The notes: a model not told the origin generated them from the sequence alone. A stretch of DNA of 64,000 nucleotides from Candidatus Micrarchaeota archaeon (GCA_016194335.1 JACQBR010000012.1:5448-69447); one strand, 5' to 3'; counted from the stretch's first letter, positions 35,934 through 44,398 are shown. Program-made: numbers and translations.

Positions 35934-38723
35934 TCAATGCGCCGCCGCGGTGATGGTCAGCACGCCGGAATACGCCCCCGCCCTCACGCCCGAGTCCATC
36001 GCGATGATGAAATACTGCGTGGCGTTGCTCGTGGCGCCCGACGCGCTTGGGCCGAGGTTGTAGGTGGTGTTGAATGCCGAAGTGGAGTTTGGCACTTGCC
36101 GGTAGTCGCTGCCGGTTCCCAGCGTGGAGAAGCTGTACCACTGGTTGGATGCGTTGATGTCGGCAAGGCCGGACGAGGTGAGGTTGGTCGACTCGAACTT
36201 CGCGTCGAGGGCGACGTTGCCGAAGTTCGTCACGTTCACCGCCTGCGCCGACGAATTGCTCCCCGGGTCTATCGAACCGTAGTTGATTGAGGAAGGCGAG
36301 GCGGAAAGGGCGAGGAGGGAATTGACAACGGCGTTTGACGTGTAGTTTGAAAACGCCCCGCTCGCGTCAGTGGCGTTAACGGCGCACCAGGCCAGCCCCG
36401 CGGTAAAGTAATACGGAAGGGCGAAGGAACAGTTTGCAGTGACGTTATTGCCCGACGCCCCCTGAAGGGAGCAGGAAGAGTTCAGCAAATTCATCCCGAC
36501 CACCCCGGTCCCGAGGTTGAGAGTCACGTTCTGCAGGAATGCGCTGTAGTTGCTCCCTCCGCTTGAGTTGAGCGACGCGCGGTACTGCACGAGCTTGCCC
36601 ACCACGTTGGAAACCGAGGCGTTCCCGCCGTAATACTCCGAAGTGAACGCCGACCAGTTGCCTTCCTGCCCCGTTGAGTTCGTCGGATTGCCCGCGTTGT
36701 AAAGCGCGGTAATCTCGCTTGCAGAGAGCGTGCGGTTCCAAATCTTTATGTCGTCGATGGAACCGTTGAATCTCTCGTTTGACGTGGCAGCATCGCCGCC
36801 GATGTAAACAGGAATCGTGAGCGAAGGGGTAGTGCACATGGCGGCCAATGCGCCAACTACTGGGGCGTTACCGTCAAAATAGAAGGTTATGGTTGAAGCT
36901 GAAAGACTGCCGTTTATTGCAACCGCGAGATGATGCCAAACGTTTGCCGATGGCGAAATGCTGGAACTGACAGATTGAATACCGCAAACCGAATTGGATG
37001 TGTAATAGACTAACGTGCCGGTATCCAAGCGAATCAGGGAAACCAGATTCCCGCCAGCTACACTCAAGTAAACCGCGTAAAGTGGCTGAAGCCCTGAAGA
37101 TGGATTGGATGGATTGAACCACGTGGAAATCGTTAAGTTTGTTTGCAACCCTTCCAGTGAGCCGGGGGTCCCTAAATTTACCAAGCCGCCAGTCCCGTCC
37201 AACTTCAGGCAATTCCCAACGGCGCAAGTCGTTGTGTTTAGAGTAACGCCGCCGACGAGTGCGCCGGTTATCCCATTCCCGCTCAAATCAAGCGTCTTGT
37301 TCGTCACGCTCTCGTTGCTTGACGAATCGCCCAAATCCCACCACCCCACGAGGCCAGAGTCGTTGAACGAATAGTTCTTCGCGCGGAACGCGAGGGAAAC
37401 GTTCGTGAAATTGTTGATGAAACCGCCATTGCCCTTGCCGGTGGAGTTGTATTCCCAAGAGTAAAGCTGGTTCACCTCGCTTGCCGAGAGGGAACGGTTG
37501 AAAATGTGCACTTCGTCAATCAAGCCGTTGAAGAACTGTGCTGTTCCGGGATTATTTCCCGCCCCGACAACTATTCCTTCGGTACTGTAGGAGAGTTTGA
37601 GGGTTGTCGTCAGGTTGAGTGCCCCGTCTATGTATAGCTTGGCGTTGTTTGAAGGCGCGGCGGCATCAATATTGGAAAAAGTGAGTCCCACAAAATGCCA
37701 ATCCCCATTGGCCAGATTTATGCCAGTTGACCGGTCTGCGCTATTTCCCCAATCATAAATTCCAAACAAATTACTGTTCAGAAACATCCCATAAGCTCCT
37801 TGCTTTACCACTATCCCCCGATAAGATGTGCCTGCGTTCGTAGTCTTAATCCATGCAAAAACGCTTCCGGTATTGATGTTTGTCGATGTTACCGGAGGTT
37901 CCGGCAAAGCAACATTGTCATCCCCGCCGTCAAACGTCAGGCACCCGCCCACCTGGCATCTGGAAGTCCACATCGCGCCAGTATTGTTGTTCACCACCGC
38001 CCCCGAATTGTTAAACCTGCTCGCGTCCTTCGTGTCATTCTCGAAATGAAGGTCGAGCACGACCGTGTCGTTGCCCAAGCCGTTGGCATCCTTGGTGAGC
38101 CCGGCGGACTCGAACCAGCTCCAATTCGCCTGCATGAGTGATTGGTTGGCGTTCGAGCGGTTCATCACCACGATTTGCGAGAAATACTGCCCCACGCCCG
38201 AGAAGGAATTGTTATTCGGAAAGAAGCCTGTAAAGACGCTTGCCGAGTCATTCAAATAAGTGCCGTTGAAACTCCCAAGCGAAAAGTTGCTCACGCCAAA
38301 GTGGCTGTAGGAAAAGTTGGGGACTGAATTGAGGAAGTAGAAAATGCCGTTGGCGCTTGAAACGTCCGCGGCGGTGTTGATGTCGGTCACGTTGGCGTAG
38401 CAGAAGACCGTCGTGTTGGAAGGCCCGGGGGAGAGGGTGATTGAGGATGGCGATACTGAAACGACGCCCATCGTGGGCGGGTTGTTCACGATGCCCGCGG
38501 AGGTAGTGGCGGAAGTGACCAGGCCGGTGAGGAGGGAAGGGGGATTTGACGCGGGGGAAATGCCCAACGCAGGAAAGCTGATTTTCAGCGCGGGGGAGGA
38601 GAGCAGCACGAGGAGGAACACGCAGAGGGTTAGCACAAGGGCGGCGGGGGTTGCCAAGGAATTCCCATCTTTAGCCACGGGCGGTCTCTTCTCCATCCAA
38701 ATGTGCTTCAAGCTGAAGGTCAT
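35934..38723 (-). CDS. second LamG-domain surface glycoprotein (paralog of 31451..34126)
   Basis: Same module grammar and long conserved blocks with the paralog. Start chosen at ATG 38723, about 25-30 nt downstream of tttaaatt. ATG 38696 or the track start 38798 are alternatives. Confidence 0.8.
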   Translation of the reverse strand: MTFSLKHIWMEKRPPVAKDGNSLATPAALVLTLCVFLLVLLSSPALKISFPALGISPASNPPSLLTGLVTSATTSAGIVNNPPTMGVVSVSPSSITLSPGPSNTTVFCYANVTDINTAADVSSANGIFYFLNSVPNFSYSHFGVSNFSLGSFNGTYLNDSASVFTGFFPNNNSFSGVGQYFSQIVVMNRSNANQSLMQANWSWFESAGLTKDANGLGNDTVVLDLHFENDTKDASRFNNSGAVVNNNTGAMWTSRCQVGGCLTFDGGDDNVALPEPPVTSTNINTGSVFAWIKTTNAGTSYRGIVVKQGAYGMFLNSNLFGIYDWGNSADRSTGINLANGDWHFVGLTFSNIDAAAPSNNAKLYIDGALNLTTTLKLSYSTEGIVVGAGNNPGTAQFFNGLIDEVHIFNRSLSASEVNQLYSWEYNSTGKGNGGFINNFTNVSLAFRAKNYSFNDSGLVGWWDLGDSSSNESVTNKTLDLSGNGITGALVGGVTLNTTTCAVGNCLKLDGTGGLVNLGTPGSLEGLQTNLTISTWFNPSNPSSGLQPLYAVYLSVAGGNLVSLIRLDTGTLVYYTSNSVCGIQSVSSSISPSANVWHHLAVAINGSLSASTITFYFDGNAPVVGALAAMCTTPSLTIPVYIGGDAATSNERFNGSIDDIKIWNRTLSASEITALYNAGNPTNSTGQEGNWSAFTSEYYGGNASVSNVVGKLVQYRASLNSSGGSNYSAFLQNVTLNLGTGVVGMNLLNSSCSLQGASGNNVTANCSFALPYYFTAGLAWCAVNATDASGAFSNYTSNAVVNSLLALSASPSSINYGSIDPGSNSSAQAVNVTNFGNVALDAKFESTNLTSSGLADINASNQWYSFSTLGTGSDYRQVPNSTSAFNTTYNLGPSASGATSNATQYFIIAMDSGVRAGAYSGVLTITAAAH

Positions 38724-38892
38724 ACTAATCACTTTAAGGGCGAATTTAAAGCCATCGCGGGGGCAGAGCTGGCAAGCAGCCTGAGTGCGCGGGGGCATTT
38801 ACTGATGAACTGGAGTTTGGGGAAGCGTTTGGACGCGCAAGCATCAGGAAAAAAAAATGGCGGGAAATTTCCCTCCCGGGTTTCCAGCCTGC

Positions 38893-40032
38893 TCAGCTCA
38901 CTATGGCGTCGAGCTTCTTTTTCCTCACCGCCTCCCTGATTTCCATCGCGATGCGCTGGCCCACCGAAACGGGCTTGCGCCAGTAGTAGCCCGTGTAGGG
39001 CGTCACGGCGGCGGTTTGGGCCCCGGAGGCGCAGAGGTGCGCGTCGAACGCGACGAACTCCTCGGAAGGCGGGCCGGGAACAATCACGCCTTCGAGCGAA
39101 AAAGGCCCGATGATGCCCGGGGGGTAGAGTTCCTTGGCCACCTTGGCGAATTTCTCGGCGGCCTCAAACCCCTTTTCGATTAGCGACTCGCGCAACGTGC
39201 TTGGGAAATAGCCGACGGAGGCGTACGACTGCCTCACCGCCCGCAGGACTTCCGACTGGTGCGCGCCCGGAAGCGAGAGGATGCCGTCGATGTTGGTCTG
39301 CCTCGGGACGTCCGCGCCGAGAAATTCGAGCTGCCCGTTCAGGGGGGAGCTGAAGAAATTGAGGTTCACGGCCGCGCCAACCACGAGTTCCTCAATCACC
39401 GCCTGCCTCACGATTGCCTCGGTGGAAATGCCCTGCCGCTCGAGGGCGGCAATGCCCCTCTCGTAATCGATGGAATTGCCCGCGATGAAGTACGGCGAAT
39501 GGAGGCTGCCGGGCTTTTCCTCCAGGGGCTTGACCACGGCGGGGCGGTCTATCTCCTGCGGCCGGGTGAAAACGCGGGGCGTGCGGATTTTGGCGTAATT
39601 GAGCATGAAATACTTGTCCCGGCCTCCCGCCTGCGGCTCTTCCGCGGCGAAAAGCGACCTGTTGCCGAAAATCGGGACGCTGAACCTGTTGAGGAGGGCG
39701 TCCAGCCCCACGTATTCGAGAAAGGCGTGGTGGGGGACGAAAATCGAGTTGTTGCGGCGCAGGTAGCCAGTCGCCCCGCCTTCGGCAAGTTCGGTAAACC
39801 AGTTGAGCACGAGGGCGTCGTCAACCATCCCCGCATCGCGGCCGAAAGCCCGCCTGGACTTGAAATAGTTGGAGTAAGTCTTTTCCCTCCCCTTCGCGCA
39901 CACTGCAATCGTGGGAAAGCCCTCGCGCTTCGCCCCGTCGAGAATGTCCAGCGCCGCGGAACTGCCGAGCGTGGAGATGGAAATCTTGCCGGGGGAATAC
40001 TCGCTTACCAACTTTCGCCCGTCAATGGCCAT
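38893..40032 (-). CDS. purP: 5-formaminoimidazole-4-carboxamide ribonucleotide (FAICAR) synthetase PurP
   Basis: Collinear with archaeal PurP from memory: ISTLGSSAALDILDGAKREGF, GNRSLFAAEE, NIDGILSLPG, IGPFSLEGV. Confidence 0.9.
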   Translation of the reverse strand: MAIDGRKLVSEYSPGKISISTLGSSAALDILDGAKREGFPTIAVCAKGREKTYSNYFKSRRAFGRDAGMVDDALVLNWFTELAEGGATGYLRRNNSIFVPHHAFLEYVGLDALLNRFSVPIFGNRSLFAAEEPQAGGRDKYFMLNYAKIRTPRVFTRPQEIDRPAVVKPLEEKPGSLHSPYFIAGNSIDYERGIAALERQGISTEAIVRQAVIEELVVGAAVNLNFFSSPLNGQLEFLGADVPRQTNIDGILSLPGAHQSEVLRAVRQSYASVGYFPSTLRESLIEKGFEAAEKFAKVAKELYPPGIIGPFSLEGVIVPGPPSEEFVAFDAHLCASGAQTAAVTPYTGYYWRKPVSVGQRIAMEIREAVRKKKLDAIVS

Positions 40033-40074
40033 AATTGCCTACCGGACTTAGAAAGGGAAAGCAGGCTTTAATTA

Positions 40075-40257
40075 TAGCGGATTGCAAAAGTAATGCCAAT
40101 GCCGCATTGCAATCCGCTAGTTGCAAACCAAGATAATAGCGGATTGCATAAATAATGAAACATTGCCAGCAATCCGCTAGTTGCAAATCGCACTTCTAAA
40201 GTTCCAGAATTAATGCGATTTGCTATAAGATTGCCGCAAGACTTTCTTGGTTTGCTA
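40075..40257. mobile_element. MITE-like structured element, copy L (123-nt core plus a 60-nt internal partial duplication), flanked by TA/TA
   Basis: Apart from the 60-nt insert at 40128-40187, it is identical to the reverse complement of 44262-44384. TA dinucleotides lie at 40073-74 and 40258-59. Contains a 13-bp stem (tagcggattgcaa/ttgcaatccgcta) and an 8-bp stem (aaatcgca/tgcgattt). Confidence 0.6.
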
Positions 40258-40327
40258 TAGTTTGCAAAAAGAGGCGGCGGGGGAATAGACTTCACTCAAT
40301 TTGCCAGGGCCTTTCCCAACTGCGGGT

Positions 40328-40975
40328 TTACCCAATGGAGGCAACCGCGTTTTGGTCGCCTTCGAAATCGATGAGCAGGTTATTGTTGACAAGCGCACGA
40401 AGGGCGGGCGAATCGTAGGGTTCTACACGCGTGAGCATCTGCCGGATTGCATTGTTGGCCCTTGCTTTCGACGCTTCAACGGCGTCCTTGACACGCGCGC
40501 CTTTGAGGAGCCGGTACGCCACTGCATTGGAAGCTTCAAGCACTGGCTTGGCGGACGGATCCCTAAGCGGCGTGGCCGCAAACTCGTTGACGCGCGGAAT
40601 CCAGAAGTCGCCCCTGTAGCCAACCACGGCCTTGGCGCCTTTCTTCACAGCCGACCTGCCTATTCCGTTGAGGCAGCCGCATGCGCGGATGAACGAAACC
40701 GTGCCTTGCAAAAGCCCTGCGTTGGAAGAGTCAATCACCACTTCGTCCTTATGGCCGCACACTTCGTCTTCCGAACCGTGGCCGTTGAATACCGCCAACT
40801 GTGGCCCGTTAGACAACCGCGCAGTGACGTTATTGCGGCAGTCATCCCCGCCATCTGCTTTCTCCACTCTCCAGTTCCGGCGCTCTGCCTCGTCAATGAT
40901 AGCTTGAGAATACGCGAACAAATAGCTGTTGCCTATGTCATGGCCGCTTCGGGCAATAAAGAGTTTCCGGCTCAT
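40328..40975 (-). CDS. minimal caspase/CHAT-like (clan CD-like) protein
   Basis: LAVFNGHGSED (strand-His-Gly) followed about 33 residues later by VSFIRACGC (strand-Ala-Cys), then KKGAKAVVGY as in CHAT domains. Last gene of a 3-gene overlapping operon. Confidence 0.5.
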   Translation of the reverse strand: MSRKLFIARSGHDIGNSYLFAYSQAIIDEAERRNWRVEKADGGDDCRNNVTARLSNGPQLAVFNGHGSEDEVCGHKDEVVIDSSNAGLLQGTVSFIRACGCLNGIGRSAVKKGAKAVVGYRGDFWIPRVNEFAATPLRDPSAKPVLEASNAVAYRLLKGARVKDAVEASKARANNAIRQMLTRVEPYDSPALRALVNNNLLIDFEGDQNAVASIG

Positions 40976-41193
40976 AAGCTCAACTTGCGTGAAAGCTTGG
41001 GCATTTCCCGGAGGAAATTCAGCTCCATTTCAATGGCGGCCTTGCCCACGTTGCTCCCGCCCATAACTTCCCGAATCAACTGCTCTTTGGTAAAATCGCC
41101 GAAACGGCCTATGGAAAAGCTGGAATTGGGGGGCATTGACTGCAACCTGGTCACTACGAGCTTCATCAAGTAATCGTCATCCATAAAGGTCAC
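40972..41193 (-). CDS. small protein of unknown function (cassette gene 2)
   Basis: 73 aa with 4-nt overlaps to both neighbours. Weak similarity to cassette gene 1. Confidence 0.55.
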   Translation of the reverse strand: MTFMDDDYLMKLVVTRLQSMPPNSSFSIGRFGDFTKEQLIREVMGGSNVGKAAIEMELNFLREMPKLSRKLSL

Positions 41194-41402
41194 TTCCCTT
41201 CGTCAACTGAAAGCAGGCCCAACTCATCCAGGTGCCGGAGAATCGAATCGCCGGTCTCGGTCCGTCCCTGAATCTCCAGAAAAGCGCTGTTCCAGTTGAA
41301 CGGCCGCTCATCAACCAGAACCACTATCTCCTCGCGCAGTTTCGCCGGAACTGCGGCGTAGGTCCTTACAAACATGGAACGCAGCAACTCAAGGTCCGGC
41401 AT
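41190..41402 (-). CDS. small protein of unknown function (cassette gene 1)
   Basis: 70 aa, first gene of the overlapping operon. Confidence 0.55.
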   Translation of the reverse strand: MPDLELLRSMFVRTYAAVPAKLREEIVVLVDERPFNWNSAFLEIQGRTETGDSILRHLDELGLLSVDEGK

Positions 41403-41458
41403 ATCCGTTCACCTTCAAATCCCTACAATGAAGACACAAACATATAGAAAACGACATT

Positions 41459-41500
41459 GGCTTTAATTAGTTTGCAAAAATAGGCGGGGGGAGAATAAAC
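41459..41500. repeat. 42-bp terminator/promoter module, intact copy (empty-site equivalent of the MITE-L insertion locus)
   Basis: ggctttaattagtttgcaaaaataggcggggggagaataaac matches 40064-40074 joined to 40260-40290 at 38 of 42 positions (hand alignment). On the minus strand it reads as a C-rich tract plus a T5 tract, then taattaaag. Confidence 0.6.
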
Positions 41501-41506
41501 GGGTTC

Positions 41507-42517
41507 TTACGCCTTGCCCTTACCCCGCCTGATTTCCGCCAACCTTTCCTCAAGCTGTTCCTTCAGGAGGGGCGCGATGAAGTTGCCCGTGAAGCAGTCG
41601 GCCTTGGCGGCAATTGCGAGCTTGCCCGCGAGTGCGCGCGCGATTCTCCCCCTCTGGTCTTTCGGGGCGCTGCGCAGCAGGGGCGACTGGAAAATCAGGC
41701 CGTGCTTGGGCGGCGGCGAGCGACCGTGCGTTCGCAGGTGCTTGAAAAGCGACTTCTCAGCCCCGATGACCTGGATGGTTGACGAGGGCATTTCGGCAAG
41801 CTTTTCCAAACTCCCCGCGGCTGAAAGCAGGCGCGCCGCGACGAGGGCGTCGGAGAGGTGAGCGACGTTCTTGAGGACGGCGTCCGCCTCGGCCCCGACG
41901 AACTTCTCAAGCTGCCTGCGCGACTCTCCCAGCGCAATCACCGCGTGGGAAAGGTCGCGAAGCGCGTTGGCCTGCTGGATGGTGAGGGGAGAGCCGAAGC
42001 TTTCATTTGCGCGCGAAGCGAGAGTGGTTGCCTTTGCCTCTCCGGCGATTTCGGAGAGCTTCCCGAAATCGATTGACTCGCGGCTTCCGAAGTTGGAGAC
42101 TATTTTGGCGTAAGTCTCCTCGCTCTCGATTGAGAATTCGGGGAAGTTGATCTTGAACCACTCGTCCATGCGGGTGAAGAGCAGACTCTTGGCGGAGTCA
42201 AGGTCGTCAATCGCGCGGATTGCCTGGATGAGGCTCGCGCCCTTGCCAGTGTAGGCCTCGCGCACCATTTCCTTCGCCTTTTTGAGAAGGAACAGCCTGT
42301 GGCCGACTTTCCGTCGGTCCCTCGACTGAATAGAGGCCTGGTTCACCGCCTCGCGAGGCTGGCCTCCTCCAGGCCGGGGGGAAAAGCCTGACGGCCTGCC
42401 TGAAGCGCTCCCGCCGGGCCTGCCGCCGAAACGCCTCGGGCCGCCGGGGCGGGAACTTGGGCCGCCCTTGCCCGGACCGCCGAAACGGCTTGAGGGGTGG
42501 AAATTCCTGTTTTTCAA
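41507..42517 (-). CDS. nop5: Nop5 (Nop56/58) box C/D snoRNP protein, with an RGG/P-rich N-terminus in place of the usual N-terminal domain
   Basis: NOSIC/Nop core: RMDEWFKINFPEF, ...IQVIGAEKSLFKHLRTHGRSPPPKHGLIFQSPLL..., RGRIARALAGKLAIAAKAD. The first ~65 aa are RFGGPGKGGPSSRPGGPRRFGGRPGG... Confidence 0.85.
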   Translation of the reverse strand: MKNRNFHPSSRFGGPGKGGPSSRPGGPRRFGGRPGGSASGRPSGFSPRPGGGQPREAVNQASIQSRDRRKVGHRLFLLKKAKEMVREAYTGKGASLIQAIRAIDDLDSAKSLLFTRMDEWFKINFPEFSIESEETYAKIVSNFGSRESIDFGKLSEIAGEAKATTLASRANESFGSPLTIQQANALRDLSHAVIALGESRRQLEKFVGAEADAVLKNVAHLSDALVAARLLSAAGSLEKLAEMPSSTIQVIGAEKSLFKHLRTHGRSPPPKHGLIFQSPLLRSAPKDQRGRIARALAGKLAIAAKADCFTGNFIAPLLKEQLEERLAEIRRGKGKA

Positions 42518-42662
42518 AAGGGATTACCTGCCAGACTGATTATGTGCGAATTGATTATTCCGGCAGCATATTTATAGCCCTGCACCCCACTAAGGAAATC
42601 ATCGTCAGGAATTTGGGCTTTTTGTTCCTAACTTTCTCTCAGTTATTAAGTATGGGAATTTG

Positions 42663-44198
42663 ATGCACATGGCAAAAGGCAAGGAAGAAAGGAAAGGCGT
42701 GGACGAGCTCTCCGCAAAAGTGATCAACCTCGCGGGCAGGCGCTTCCTCATCGTGCCCAACAGCGAAATCTACGGCGGCGCTGCGGGCTTTTACGACTTC
42801 GTTGGATACGGCGCGAGAATCAAGCGCAATGTGGAGAACGCGTGGTGGGGCCGGTTCGTCTCCGGCAGGGACGACGTGGTCCCTATGGAGGGAAGCATCA
42901 TCACCAACCCCAAAGTATGGAGGGCAAGCGGCCACCTCGAGTCTTTCAACGACCCGGCAATCGACTGCGCCAAGTGCAAGTCGCGCTTCAGGGCCGACCA
43001 CCTCATTGAGGAGGAGCTTTCCCTAAGCGTGGACGGCGTGACGATGGAGCGCTTGGAGAAGATGATGCGGGAGAACAAGATTGCCTGCCCCAAGTGCGGA
43101 GGCGCGCTCAACCTCATCAAGACATTCAACCTGATGTTCAAGACTTCAATCGGCGCGGGCGAAGGCTCGGACGCCGAGGCGTACCTCCGCCCCGAGACCG
43201 CCCAGGTGATTTTCGCAAACTTCAAGGCAGGCCTTGGCGCGGGGAGGGCCGGCCCGCCGTTCGGCATTGCACAGGTTGGCAAGGCGTTCCGCAACGAGAT
43301 TTCCCCACGCAACTTCGTCTTCCGAATGCGCGAATTCACTCAGATGGAACTGGAATACTTCGTCAACCCCGCCAAGCTCGACGACTGCCCTTCCCTAAGC
43401 GAGGCGCACCTCAAGCTCGAGATTCCCCTCCTCACTCCCGAAATGCACGAGAAGGGACAGCCTGCAAAAAAAACGGCGGTCGGCGACGCGCTCTCGCACA
43501 AAACCATCGGCACGAAGTGGCACGCGTACTGGCTGGCGGAATGCGTGATGTTCATCCAATCACTTGGCGTGAGGCCGGAAAACCTCAGGGCGAGGAAGCA
43601 CTCGGCTTCCGAACTGTCGCACTACTCCAGCGAGACTTGGGATGTCGAATACAATTACCCCTGGGGATTTCGGGAACTGATGGGAGTGGCGAACAGGACC
43701 GACTTCGACCTCCGCCAGCACTCGGCGCACAGCGGCAAGGAACTCACCGCGTTTGACGAGGAGCGGAAATTGAAATACGCCCCCCACGTGTTCGAACCGT
43801 CGTTCGGCGTGGAGCGCCTCGTTTTCACCATCCTGCTTGACGCCTATTCCGAATCGGTTCAGAAGGAAGGAAGCACGGTCATCCTCAAGCTCTCCCCCAA
43901 AGTCGCCCCGCTGCACGCGGGCGTGTTTCCGCTGATGAAGAAGGACGGCCTCGCGCAGAAGGCGCGGGAAGTGGAGAAGGCCCTCAAGGCCGCGGGGCTC
44001 GATGTGGAGTACGACGACGCCGGAAGCATCGGCAAGCGCTACGCGCGGATGGACGAGGTGGGCGTCCCACTCTGCATCACAATCGATTACGACACGCTTT
44101 CAAACGACACGGTCACCGTGCGCGACCGCGACACCGCGGCGCAGGTGCGCGTGAAGATAAGCGAGCTTGCACAGAAGATCCGGGCCGGAAGCGCGTAG
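42663..44198 (+). CDS. glyS: glycine--tRNA ligase (archaeal/eukaryotic-type class II)
   Basis: SEIYGGAAGFYDF, FRNEISPRNFVFRMREFTQMELEYF (motif 2), SFGVERLVF. ATG at 42663 (the track starts at TTG 42660). Confidence 0.95.
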   Translation: MHMAKGKEERKGVDELSAKVINLAGRRFLIVPNSEIYGGAAGFYDFVGYGARIKRNVENAWWGRFVSGRDDVVPMEGSIITNPKVWRASGHLESFNDPAIDCAKCKSRFRADHLIEEELSLSVDGVTMERLEKMMRENKIACPKCGGALNLIKTFNLMFKTSIGAGEGSDAEAYLRPETAQVIFANFKAGLGAGRAGPPFGIAQVGKAFRNEISPRNFVFRMREFTQMELEYFVNPAKLDDCPSLSEAHLKLEIPLLTPEMHEKGQPAKKTAVGDALSHKTIGTKWHAYWLAECVMFIQSLGVRPENLRARKHSASELSHYSSETWDVEYNYPWGFRELMGVANRTDFDLRQHSAHSGKELTAFDEERKLKYAPHVFEPSFGVERLVFTILLDAYSESVQKEGSTVILKLSPKVAPLHAGVFPLMKKDGLAQKAREVEKALKAAGLDVEYDDAGSIGKRYARMDEVGVPLCITIDYDTLSNDTVTVRDRDTAAQVRVKISELAQKIRAGSA

Positions 44199-44261
44199 CC
44201 CTTTTTGGGAGGGGGGAGAATGGGCCGCCAGCTGATACCGGATGCAATCCTGCGGTAATTA

Positions 44262-44384
44262 TAGCAAACCAAGAAAGTCTTGCGGCAATCTTATAGCAAA
44301 TCGCATTAATTCTGGAACTTTAGAAGTGCGATTTGCAACTAGCGGATTGCAATGCGGCATTGGCATTACTTTTGCAATCCGCTA
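44262..44384. mobile_element. MITE-like structured element, copy R (123 nt), flanked by TA/TA
   Basis: Exact reverse complement of copy L minus its 60-nt insert. TA at 44260-61 and 44385-86. It ends 14 nt before the ATG at 44399. Confidence 0.6.
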
Positions 44385-44398
44385 TAACCGGTGAATCC

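Noticed and set aside
40073-44386. The 123-nt inverted repeats might be the arms of a dedicated invertase switch (hin/fim-like).
   Set aside because: No recombinase gene lies in or next to the segment. The TA flanks plus an empty-site paralog fit two insertions of a small element better. Passive inversion by homologous recombination remains possible and is listed as a check.
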